From Eledone cirrhosa (Eukaryota), in the NCBI GenBank assembly GCA_964016885.1, contig OZ024764.1, forward strand, positions 21,328,001 to 21,392,000: 64,000 nucleotides of DNA, in the 5' to 3' direction. How positions within the stretch are numbered: position 1 is the stretch's first letter; every line of letters begins with the position of its first letter. The translations under genes were made by a program, and so were the position numbers. Under the pieces are notes generated by a model, which ran no database searches, was not told where the DNA came from, and was given only the letters and a program-made list of their open reading frames with translations. This document shows, piece after piece, positions 1 to 11,700 of the stretch.

Positions 1-1330
1 CAGATTGGGGTACTCTATCAAAGGCCTTCTCTAGGTCAACAAAAACTAAGTATAGTGGTTTTCTTCTCTAAGAACCTCTCTTGTAGTTGTCTCACTAAGA
101 AGAGGGCATCTGTTTGACTCTTTCTCTAAGTTGCGCTAGTATTCTTTCTGTCACTTTCATAACCTGATCCATCAGTTTTATACCCCTATAATTACTCCCC
201 TCCAGAACATCCCCTTTACCTTTACCTCAATTTATGAGAATACTGCTGCACCAGTCTTTGGGTATGACACCACCATATATAGCTTGATTAATGATGCATG
301 CAACCAGTTTAATTCCTACTTCTCTTGATGCCTTCAGCATCTCAGCAACTATCCCCAACAGTCCAGCGGACTTACCATTTTTCATTTCCTTAATTGGACC
401 CTATAGTCATCAATCTCAATAGCTGGTCCTTCTGTCAGGTCTACTGAAGGTAGCTCCCCTCCTATTCATTCTCCACATTCATCAGTCTCTCATAATGACA
501 TTTCCAGGCCTCCTTTTTTTTGAGAATCAGTGACACTAAGTGCACCAACATCCTGATTTACACTGACACACTGCCTTGCAATGTGGATCACCGCACATCT
601 CTGATCTCCCCATCGCAGGACATTGGCAAACCTTCTAATCTCAGCCTCCCTGCATGTTAAGTAAACCTGACATCTAGCTTCTCTCTTAGTGGCTGTGTAT
701 CGGTCTCTACCCCTACCATTTTTCCAAGCCTTTTGTCTCTAATGGCTCTATCTACCGTGCTGTTCCACCACCAGGTCACCCTCTGTCTGGTTGGAACTCT
801 GCTCCAGCCACAAGTTTCTTCAGTAACCTGCAGTAAGTTGTCACGTAAGAAATTCCAGTTATCGTCCATGTCATAGGACTCTAAATCGTCTTCTTTTTCG
901 TCATACACATCTTGAAGGGCTTTCCTAAATTTATATTTTAATGAAAGGTCTTTTAGTTTCCAGACCTTCCTTTTTCAAACCTTCTTGTATGTCTCTCTTT
1001 GTCTCTTGCTTACTGAGATGTCACTAACGACTAACCTATGTTGGTGGGGTACATTGTTCCCTGGGGTATGCCTTAGTATTTGACACCATCTGTCTCTCTT
1101 GCTACTTAACTAGCAAGAAGTCAATCTGTCTCATGTGCTCACCTGCTTGGTAGGTTTCTTGAAATGTTGCAAATGCTTAGTTCACTTGCATCACAAAATA
1201 CAAGAAGCCTCACTCTTTCTTCGTTTCTTGAGCCATAACCATGACCACCATGTACCCCAGTGTATCCATCCTGGAACTGTCCAACATGACCATTGAAGTC
1301 CCCTGCTATTATAACTAGGTCTCTGTCATT
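1..1330 (-). mobile_element. Degenerate RTE-clade LINE fragment (APE end, linker, RT start) in putative intron 1 of ZNF-A
   Basis: ORF 657-908 (YDEKEDDLESYDMDDNWNFLRDN...VTWWWN) matches the + strand RTE ORF 6885-7688; near-identical to about 52328-53660; frameshifted. Confidence 0.9.
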
Positions 1331-1339
1331 GTGGTTATG

Positions 1340-1670
1340 TCTACTTATTCCTTTTCTACATATGGAGCAGGGCCACTTTCCTGAAGGGGTCAGGGTCTTC
1401 TCTCCTATCCATTAGCACTTTAGTTTTGGCTAAGTATATTCTCAGAACTTACCATTTCAAATTCTATATCTATAGCTGGTCATCTACATAGAGAAGTTTC
1501 CATAGACAGCCAGTCTTAAACCTCTCTGTTATGGCTTGGAGAACTATGATGAACAACAGTGGGCTAAGAACTAAACCATGATGAACTCCTACCTGTACCT
1601 TCAATTCATCACTAAACACACTTTACTGACAGCTTCTCACAAGCCATTCTTCTACACCTAATTTCCTTAA
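1340..1670 (-). mobile_element. Second, older RTE RT fragment
   Basis: Reverse strand reads like VGVHHGLVLSPLLFIIVLQAITERFKTGCLWKLLYVDD, matching the RT in 7612-8769; repeated at about 18170-18510 and 53680-54020. Confidence 0.75.
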
Positions 1671-1878
1671 CCCTTTAGTATATAAACTGGCCATATCTGG
1701 CCAGAATTGTCCCACATCTTTCTGTTCAAACTGGCCGTAACTGGTCACTTATACTTATGTTAAGGTTTTGTTCTCAAAATAATTAACATCAAAATCTCAT
1801 AGATTTGATATTATGAGAGATAAAGTATTTACTGTGAAAATATAATAGTAAATATAGAGTAATGTGAATACTAAAGGG

Positions 1879-1981
1879 TTAATCTGATGTCACTAATAAC
1901 TACTTTTATCAGTCAGTTTAATCTAATGTCACTAATAACTACTTTTATCAGTCAGTCTAATCTAATGTCACTAATAACTAA
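1879..1981. repeat. 39-bp VNTR, unit A (about 2.6 copies)
   Basis: Unit AATCTAATGTCACTAATAACTACTTTTATCAGTCAGTWT with the same flanks as the long arrays. Confidence 0.9.
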
Positions 1982-2107
1982 CCTATGTTAGGCAGCACAT
2001 TCTTCACCAAGGAAGGCCTTAGTATTTATTACAGTCCATTTATCAATATAGAAATATTATATGAAATTTGTACTGATGTATTACAAGTTTCTGAGTATCT
2101 TATAATG

Positions 2108-2125
2108 TTCTTTTATTATTTCAGA
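2108..2125 (+). promoter_or_regulatory. Putative 3' splice acceptor of the ZNF exon
   Basis: TTCTTTTATTATTTCAG|AATAC; identical before 23718, 37296 and 54983. Confidence 0.6.
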
Positions 2126-2317
2126 ATACCAGAGGACATTGGCATTAAAGAGCACGTTACATCAGACATATCCTCAATATTAACCATTTCTAATGAAAGA
2201 CACTAACCATCATTTTCAAATAATTTTGAAAACACTCAACACTTTGAAGTGATTTAGTAATATAACTAAATTTCTCAGTATTAAGCTGTGAATTATGTGA
2301 GAAACTGAGGTGATTGA

Positions 2318-2947
<630 letters not shown>

Positions 2948-3139
2948 CTGTATCAATATCAAACTCATTACATCATACTACAACGACACCAAATATGTAG
3001 ATCCATCATCCTTGCTTAAACTGGGGTTAACCTTGTAGGTTTTACCTATGACAGGGATCATAAACACCAGGTTTCCATTTTTGAAGTAGTGTTTGAAGAT
3101 TTTGTGTAAATTGAAGTTTTTCACATTAAACTTTCATTT

Positions 3140-3240
3140 ATTATACTTTAACAGGTAAGATATATATTTGTATTTTTAGTAAAGGTTGGGAACTTCTGTA
3201 ATTTAAACCTGCCAATAAAATGAAAACTTTTGTTGTTGCT
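3140..3240 (+). promoter_or_regulatory. AG|GTAAGA splice motif (GT at 3155), then AATAAA (3214-3219) and a GT-rich downstream element
   Basis: TACTTTAACAG|GTAAGA...CCAATAAAATGAAAACTTTTGTTGTTG; conserved in all four units (GT at 26272, 39656, 56957; AATAAA at 26331, 39715, 57016). Confidence 0.6.
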
Positions 3241-3262
3241 AGTCAGACATTGATATTAATTC

Positions 3263-3442
3263 TTGTTTCTACTTTAGGCACAAGGCCAGCAATTATCCAG
3301 TGCATTACTGGTACTTTATTTTATCGACCCCGTAAGGATGAAAGGCAAAGTCAACCTCGGCGGGATTTGAACTCAGATCGTAAAGGGACGTAACTATGCT
3401 TGAAAGCATGTCGTCCGACCCTCTACCGATACTGCCAATCCA
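3263..3442 (-). mobile_element. tRNA-derived SINE, unit A-specific insertion
   Basis: Reverse complement of 34278-34462; B-box-like GAGTTCAAATCCC; absent at the equivalent site in B, C and D. Confidence 0.8.
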
Positions 3443-3771
3443 TGTCCTGTACATTGTCTCAAATATCACAGATTAAACAGATTTTAACAATAACAACAGA
3501 AATCAATAACTTGTAAGCCTAATATCTAGCTTCCATTTTAACTATTTGATATTGTTGTTCTTCTCCTGTCTCTTCATGTCTTTTAGATTTCAACTTCTAT
3601 CTACTGTACTATTCCATCACCAAGGCAACATTCATCTGGCTGACAGCTTACATCAACTACAGATCTCATCAGTGGTTCACAACAGGCTGTCTGAAAGAAA
3701 CTTGCAGATATCTTCTATGTCATAGCTATCAATCTCCTCCTCCTTATCATATGTATCATGTAGAACATCTC

Positions 3772-4185
3772 TGAATTTATATTTAGCAGGGAGATCTTTT
3801 ACTGTCCCTACCCTTTTCTCTAGGTTGTCTTGTACCTCTCTCACAGTCCCTCTAGATCTTATATTTAACAGGGAAATCTTTTACTGTCTCTACCATTTTC
3901 TCTAGGTTGTCTTGTACCTCTCTCACAGTCCCTCTAGATCTTATATTTAACAGGGAGATATTTTACTATCCCTACTCTTTTCTCTAGGTTGTCTTGTACC
4001 TCTCTCATAGTCCCTCTAAATCTTATATTTAACAGGGAGATGTTTTACTGTCCCTACCTCTTTCTTTGGGTTGTCTTGTACCACCCTCACAGTCCCTCTA
4101 GATCTTATATTTAACAGGGAGATGTTTTACTCTCCAACCCTTCTCCAGATAGTCTTGTATCTGTCAGTCCCTCTAGATCTTACAC
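3772..4185. repeat. 82-bp minisatellite (about 5 copies)
   Basis: TAGATCTTATATTTAACAGGG...CACAGTCCCTC period 82 (3853 to 3935). Confidence 0.9.
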
Positions 4186-4472
4186 CTAGTATCTAGTCTA
4201 TGTTGAGTGGTACGTCCTTCTCCAGTAAAGGAGTTAATATTCCCAACCATCTGTCTATCCTGTTTTCTGATGAGAATGAAGTCAATCTAGTTTATCTCTT
4301 CACCTGATTGAAGTAACTAGATCAAGTAACTAGATGTTTTCCTGTAAGTTAGTGTTGCAGTGTTTGTGTCACCATGTAAGGTATATATCTATTAATATAG
4401 AGATGTAGTAAAGTTTTCACTGTTGTATCTCTATTTTCTAAATATCTTAATAATGTTTCTCTACTATTTCAG

Positions 4473-4914
4473 AATATCACATGACCTTGACAGAAAAGAG
4501 TCTTTTAAAGACAACAGAAAGATGTTACATACAAGTGATATAAACTTGTTTAGTCTGTGGTGAATTATGGTGAAATATTTCTTTTGAATTGAGATAAATA
4601 AGAACATATTCCTTTTTCACTCTCTGGAATATTTACAAGGGTATTTTACATTCTGATTAAACTTTGGATATTTACAAAGGAGTTTTCAAAATATTTGGAT
4701 ATTGACAAAGATCACATTTGATAAAATTATGAACAATAAAAATATTTACATCAACATAGGAATATTTTCCAGAAGAGATGGGAAAATCATTATACCACTG
4801 TAATATTTGTGGTAAAGTATTCTCTATTCTTTATATGTAGAACATCTAACTAAACACTTTAACTAACAAACTATTGTGCTATAGAATTGAGAAACTTGAG
4901 GAATGTTTAATAAA
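4473..4914 (+). pseudogene. Relic paralog of the ZNF exon with one broken finger
   Basis: Acceptor CTACTATTTCAG|AATATC; ATG 4778 gives MGKSLYHCNICGKVFSILYM*, then frameshifted HLTKH; AATAAA 4909-4914. Confidence 0.7.
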
Positions 4915-4968
4915 TGTTACAGATTTCTCCAAACTGTCGTTTACTAACTTTAATTTGAAGCTATATTA

Positions 4969-5203
4969 TCTATATACTACTAAAACTCTTAATTGTGTCT
5001 TGTCTGTAATTTAATACAGCTAAAACGGTGCATAATGGGGAAATACTTTGAAAGGAATAAAACAATTTTTGTATAAATTGGAGCACAGGTTCCCAAGATA
5101 CAGGGTTTTCTGGGTACCTTCATAAATATAGGCAGAGAAAGAGATAGTGGTTGTGAGAGTGAGGAGACAGATGGAAGAGAGAGAGCTGGTGGTGTTTTTT
5201 AAT

Positions 5204-5234
<31 letters not shown>

Positions 5235-5331
5235 ACGTATGTGTATATTTTAACTATTTAAAAATTATTTTAAATGACTTTTAAAAAATAGTGATAAAGG
5301 AACGTGACCCAACAGGTCCCGGGTGGTCTAG
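4969..5331 (+). mobile_element. Non-autonomous Helitron
   Basis: A|TCTATATACTACTAAAA 5' end; short 3' hairpin GACC-CAACA-GGTC then CTAG|T; internal (TG)/(TA) microsatellite; no TSD. Confidence 0.7.
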
Positions 5332-5739
5332 TTTGTTACTAAATACTAGATATTAGAGGGTTATGTTGTTCTAGATGTGCTGGAAGAGCCATTCCATCTC
5401 GTGAGGCTCACACCAGCAGCTAGCCACCTCAGCACCTATGGTGGTATATTTATTATATTATTTATTCTTTATCATTAACATTAATATAAAAGATAATTAT
5501 ATATTTTTAGAGAAGAACCTCTAACTTCATATAGCTTAGGGCTTCAGTAGATAAAAGTCTGGCCTTGCTTGTCTTGTATTTTTTAGGGGAGAAGTTAGGG
5601 AATACTGTTATTGTGTGAAAGTTTTCTAAATCTTCTTCAGCCACTAACATGGAGAAGATATTTCAGTAAAAAGGTTCACATCCTGACATCTATAGCTGTT
5701 AACAATGAGATTGGAATTCATCATTAAACAAATGTTATA

Positions 5740-6160
5740 TCATCATCACTGTTTTACATCAGTTTTTCCACGCTGGCATGGGTTAGACGAGTTATCCTGT
5801 TGTAAGCAATGCCAGGTCAGGTGACCACGTCTTGCTCCTACAGAACCTATTTTGGTTTGGTTTCTACAGCTGGATGACCTTCCTAGCACCAACCTTATTT
5901 ACATTGATTACTGGGTGCTTTTTACTATCTCACCAACTAGACCACTTCACAGTGTGGGCTGGGTACTTTTTAACTTTTTGTCATGACACCTACATGACCA
6001 CTTTACAATGAGTACTGGGTACTTTCTGTTGTGACACCTACTTGACCACTTTACAGTGAGTACTGGGTACTTTATGTCATGACACCTACAGTACCACTTT
6101 ACAGTGTGTCCTGGGTACTTTTTGTTGTGACACCTACACGACCTCTTTACAGTGTTGGCA
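5740..6160 (-). repeat. RTE-derived short element with (GAT)n tail, followed by a 48-bp minisatellite (about 5940-6160)
   Basis: Reverse complement resembles the RTE 3' UTR at 41330-41590; GACCACTTTACA...GACACCTAC period 48 (5996 to 6044). Confidence 0.7.
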
Positions 6161-6289
6161 GTGAAATATCTAATGCACCAGCTTCAGTCATCAGAAGATC
6201 GCTGTTTTCTATATTATAATTTTATAATATACATATACACACACAAACACAAATATATATATATATATATAAATTTTTTTATTTTTTAT

Positions 6290-9200
6290 ATGACCATGCT
6301 GCAAAATGGAGGCGCAGAGAAGGCCCTTGCGTCTAGTAAGACATCCTCTCTAGTGCTGGTGGCACAAATAAAAGCACCCAGTCCATGCTGTAAAGTGGCG
6401 CTGGTGTTAGGAAGGGCATCCAACCAGTGTATCAATGCCAAAACGCTTATCAGCACAGCAACAAATAGGAACAACAAAAAAATATGAAGACGTCGCATCT
6501 CAGAGTTGCAACACTTAATGTTGGCACTCTCACAGGTAGATCTGCTGAAATAGCGGAGATGCTGGAGAGAAGGCATGGAGATGTGTGCTGCGTGCAAGAG
6601 GTGAGATGGAGAGGTGCCTCTGCGAGACTAGTCGTAGGCAAACATCTTAGCTATAAGCTTTTCTGGGTAGGTAAGGATGATCGGTTAGGGGAGTAGGCAT
6701 TTTCCTGGCTGAGAGATGGATCAATAAGACAATAGAGGTAGTTCGAGTTAGTAATCGAATAATTAAGCTTAGATTAGTTGTAGGCAAGAGACGACTGACA
6801 ATCATCTCTGTCTATGCTCCCCAAGCAGGCCTAGGCAAAGATGAGAAAGACTGCTTTTATGAGCAACTTTTACAAACAGCCGCAATGACAGAGGACGGAG
6901 ACATCGTTATGCTAGTAGGGGACTTCAATGGTCATGTTGGACAGCTCCAGGATGGATACACTGGGGTACATGGTGAGCACAGTTACGGGTCAAGAAATGA
7001 AGAAGGAGTGAGACTTCTTGAATTTTGTGATGCAGGTCCATTGACTATTTACAACACAAACTTCCAGAAACCTGTCAATCACCTAATAACCTACAAATCT
7101 GGCAAGCACATAAGCCAGATTGACTTCTTACTAGTTAGGCAGCGGGACAGGCAGATAGTGTCTAATACCAAGGCATACCCTGGGGAAGAATGTACCCCAC
7201 AGCATAGGTTAGTTGTTAGTGATATCTCAGTAAGCAAGAGATGGAATGAGACATACAGGAAGGTGTGGAGAAGAAAGGTCTGGAAGCTAAAAGACCTTTC
7301 ACTAAAATACAAATTTAGGAAAGCCCTTCAAGATGTATATGACGAAAAAGAAGACGATTTAGAGACGTATGACATAGATAACAACTGGAATTTCTTACGT
7401 GACAACTTTCTGCAGGCTACTGATGAAACTTGTGGCTGGAGCAGAGCTCCAACCAGACAGAGAGTGACCTGGTGGTGGAACAGCACAGTAGATAAGGCCA
7501 TTAGAGACAAAAGACTAGCATGGAAGGCTTGGAAAAAGGGTGGGAGTAGGGAAGAATATACAGCCGCTAAGAGAGAAGCTAGATGTCAGGTGTACTTAGC
7601 ACACAGGGAGGTTGAGAGTAGGAGGTTTGCCAATGTTCTGCGACGGGAAGATCAGGGTCAATGCAAATCAGGATGTTGTTGGAGATAAATGTGTCTGGAA
7701 TGATGCCGGTGTACTTAGTGTCACGAATGATCAGAAAAAGGAGGCCTGGAAATGTCATTATGAGAGACTGATGAATGTGGAGAACGAATGGGGGAGAGAG
7801 AAATTACCCTTAGTAGATCCGAGAGAGGGACCAGCTATTGAGATTGACGAATATAGGGTCCAAGAGGCAATTAAGGAAATGGAAAATGGTAAGGCTGCTG
7901 GACCATCGGGAATAGTTGCTGAGATGCTGAAGGCATCAGGAGACGTAGGCACTAAACTGGTTGCACGCATCATCAATCAGGCTATATATGGGGGTGTCAT
8001 ACCCAAAGACTGGTGCAGCAGTATTCTCATAAATTGCTACAAAGGTAAAGGGGATGCTCTGGAGAGGAGCAATTATAGGGGTATGAAAGTGGCAGAAAGG
8101 ATTTTAGCACAACTAATTAGAGAACGGGTCAAACTAGATGAGATGCAGTTTGGTTTTGTGCCTGGGAAGAGTACAACAGATGCCCTCTTCTTGGTGAAAC
8201 AATTGCAAGAGAGGTTCTTAGAGAAAAATAAGCCACTCTACTTAGCCTTTGTTGACCTAGAGAAGGCCTTTGATAGGGTACCCCGATCTGTCATCTGGTG
8301 GTCCCTAAGGAAACTAGGTGTTGAGGAATGGCTTGTGAGGACAGTGCAAAGTTTGTACAGAGGTACTCTCAGTAAAGTTAGGGTAGGAATGGAGTTTAGT
8401 GAGGAATTCCAGATACAAGTAGGAGTACATCAAGGTTCGGTCCTCAGTCCACTCTTGTTCATTATAGTCCTCCAAGTCATAACAGAGGAGTTTAAGACTG
8501 GCTGTCCATGGGAACTTCTCTATGCTGACGATCTGGTTCTTATAGCAGAATCAGTAGAGGAGCTAGAGAATAAATTCTGGCTATGGAAACAGCAGTTGGA
8601 ATCAAGAGGACTGAGAGTGAACCTAGCTAAGACAAAAGTGTTGATGAGTAGAAAAGAGGACAAAACTCTGATTCCGTTAGGGAAATGGCCATGTTCGATA
8701 TGCAGAAAAGGAACTGGCATAAATTCTATAAAATGCACACAATGCAGATCCTGGGTACAAGAGATGTAGCGGGATAGCAGGCAAACTAACAGGTAGGGAG
8801 AAATATGTATGCAGTAGATGTACAAGGAAATTAGACAGTAGAAGTCGCATTGATAGCCACTGTTTTCAAATGCAGGAAGGTGCTATAGAAGTGGTGGATA
8901 GCTTCCGGTACCTAGATCAGATTAGCATGGGAGGAGGGTGTTTCGATGCCATAGTAACTAGAATAAGGACAGGCTGGAAGATGTTTAGGGAGCTGTTTCC
9001 TCTGCTGACGAAGAAAGGTTTCTCCCTGCGTACGAAAGGCCGGTTTTATGATGCCTGTGTGAGCACCGCAATGCTGCATGGTAGTGAGACATGGGCAGCA
9101 ACTGCCGAAATGAGACATCCTTTGGATGTGCGTGAACGACCCAGCATGAATGTTGAGAGAGAAACTGTGTCTGAGAGGGATAGAATGTAGTGTACGGGGG

Positions 9201-9476
9201 AGAAGACTGAGGTGGTATGGACATGTGATGCGCATGGAGGATGACCGATGGGTGAAGAAGTGCCAGGAAATGCCAGTTGAAGGAAGACGTGGTAGAGGTA
9301 GACCACGAAAAACATGGGCGGGGGTGGTGAGAACAGACCTCAGATCGTTGAAGCTCATGGTGGAGATGATGAAGGACCGTGATGAGTGGAGAGATGCTGT
9401 GCTGAATAAGACCCGTCCCACCCTTGCGAGCAGGGAATAGCGGACGTAAAATGATGATGATGATGATGATGATGAT
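6290..9476 (+). mobile_element. Near full-length RTE-clade LINE, frameshifted (APE + RT + Cys-rich region + (GAT)n tail)
   Basis: APE motifs LRVATLNVGTL, CVQEVRW, GDFNGH, QIDF, QHRLV; RT motifs QFGF, FVDLEKAFD, GVHQGSVLSPLLF, YADD; C-terminal RLRWYGHV..RGRPRKTW; tail 9451-9476. Confidence 0.95.
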
Positions 9477-9477
9477 A

Positions 9478-11496
9478 CAGTGGTACCTTGACTTACGAGT
9501 GTCCCAACTAATCGGCTGATTTTTTGCGTTGAGTTCCAGGGTAAAATTCGGGTTGCGAGTCAGCTTCAGATGCCCCGCCACTAGTTGGTATAGCGACCGC
9601 CACAGGGAATACGATAACACCCGCCCAGCATCCCATGGCTTCGAAGAAAGTGAGGGCGAAGGACAGTTCTGAGAAGAAGAAGCAGATGATGTCTATTGAA
9701 TTAAAGAAAGAAATTATAGAAAAACATGACCAAGGTGTGTGTGTAGTGGACTTGGCGAAGCAGTACGACCGTAGAACTTCTATGATATGTACCATACTGA
9801 AGTAGAAGGAGTTGATAAAGGCTATAACCCCAGCTAAGGGTGGTAAAATAATTTCTAAACAGCGGACCTCTATCCATGAAAATATGGAGAAGCAGCTCGC
9901 AAGAGATACCGTGATGAAGATTATAATATGTGAGAAGGCACGAGCTATTTACGCTGATTTGCTGCAGCAGACCCCAGGTACTTCTACGGACGAGCCAGCC
10001 ATCGGCAAGCCCTTTAATGCTAGTCGGGGTTGGTTTGAGAATTTTAAAAAGAGGACCGGCATTCACTCTGTTGTCAGGCATGGTGAGGCAGCGAGCGCGG
10101 ATATGAAGGCAGCTGAGGATTACCTCAAAACCTTTGCCGGAATTATAGCAGCCAAAGGATACATCCCTCAGCAAGTCTTTAACTGTGATGAAACAGGACT
10201 TTTTTGGAAGAAGATGCCAAGGAGGACTTATATAATGGCAGAGGAGAAGAGGATGCCTGGCCACAAACCCATGAAGGATAGGCTAACCCTCGCACTGTGC
10301 CAATGCGAGCGGTGACTGTAAGATTATTTTGCCGCTCGTTTATCATTCAGAAAACTCCAGAACCTTTAAGTCACATAAGATTCTGAAAGAAAAACTGCAG
10401 TTTATGTGGAGGGCAAACCCGAGGTCATGGGTCACCAGGAAGTTCTTTGTGGAGTGGGTGAATTTGGTCTTTGGTCCTGACGTTAAAAAATATCTCCATG
10501 AAAATAACCTACCCCTGTAAACCCTTCTTGTCCTACATAATGCACCTGCTCACTCACCCACCCTCGAAGAGTTCAAGTTTATAAAGGTCCTCTACCTTCC
10601 ACCAAACACCACCCCTATCCTACAGCCCAAGGACCAGCAGGTACCTTCTAATTTCAAGAAGCTCTTCACCAAGCACCTGTTCAGTCGCTGCTTTGAAGTG
10701 ACGGGGAGCACAAACTTCACCCTTGAGAGGTCTGGAAGGACCATTATAACATCGTGATATGCCTCAGAATTATCGATATGACATGGCAGGGTCTTACAAA
10801 GAGGACCTTGACCTCTACATGGAAGAAGCTGTGGCCTGAAGTTGTGTCTAAAACAGACTTTGAAAGACTCGAACCCGAAGCGGCAGTGGTGGAGGAGATT
10901 GTACCCCTCGGTAAGTCCATGGGCCTGGACATGGATGAAGGTGACATCAACGAGCTCATCGAGGAGCACCCCGAGGAAATGACAACGAAGGAATTAAAGG
11001 AGCTACAGACACAGCAACACACGGAGTTTTTGCAGGAAATAGGTGACACAGAGGAGGTTATCTCAACAAGTGAGATGAAACAAACCTTATTAGACAGGTT
11101 TTTATTGAAAATCCCTGCAGATAAAAGTGAGGAACGCGTGGCGAAAAGAGCAAAAATCAGCGAATAAGATTCAGTTATTCAGTTCATCCTTTCTCCTCCG
11201 TCAACATCCTCAAGTCGTCTGATCTCCAAGATAGATGCTGTACATTATACTTAATAAAACTAGTTTGTTGTAGTACATTCTATTGTATTGTTTTTTGTAT
11301 ACAATATTTGTCATTTATAAGTACATTTTTCTTATTTAAAAACACGTAACAAAACAAACTGTGGTTTTTTGGGGGTCTGGAACGGATTAACGGCATTTTA
11401 TTTTATTTCAGTGGGGAAAATTGATTTGACATACGAGTAATTTAAGTTACGAGGTCCTCCACGGAACAAATTAAACTGTAAGTCAAGGTACCACAG
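9478..11496 (+). mobile_element. Tigger/pogo DNA transposon with disrupted transposase (about 9635-11167)
   Basis: TIRs CAGTGGTACCTTGACTTAC and GTAAGTCAAGGTACCACAG (1 mismatch); TA at 9476-9477; FNASRGWFENFKKR and VFNCDETGLFWKKMP motifs; stops and frameshifts. Confidence 0.92.
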
Positions 11497-11530
11497 TGTG
11501 TGTATATATATATATATATATATGAAGGAA

Positions 11531-11700
11531 CGATCGACTTTCGTCAAATCGGACCGAGGAAGCAATGTTTCCATTGGTCTTTGCAATTGCTAGTACTATC
11601 GGTCGCAACTCCAGGTAGAAGGAACAACGTGAAATAAAGTGTCTTGCTCAAGGTCATAACGCATCGCCTGGTCCAGGAATCGAACTCACAACCTCAAGAT
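11531..11700 (-). mobile_element. tRNA-derived SINE with CORE-like domain, 5' truncated
   Basis: Reverse complement of the family at 32918-33132; flanked by (TA)n. Confidence 0.75.

Noticed and set aside
1985-2206. MLGSTFFTKEG ORF repeated in four units
   Set aside because: Spans an RTE remnant and a splice acceptor; stop position differs in A; sharing is explained by recent duplication.
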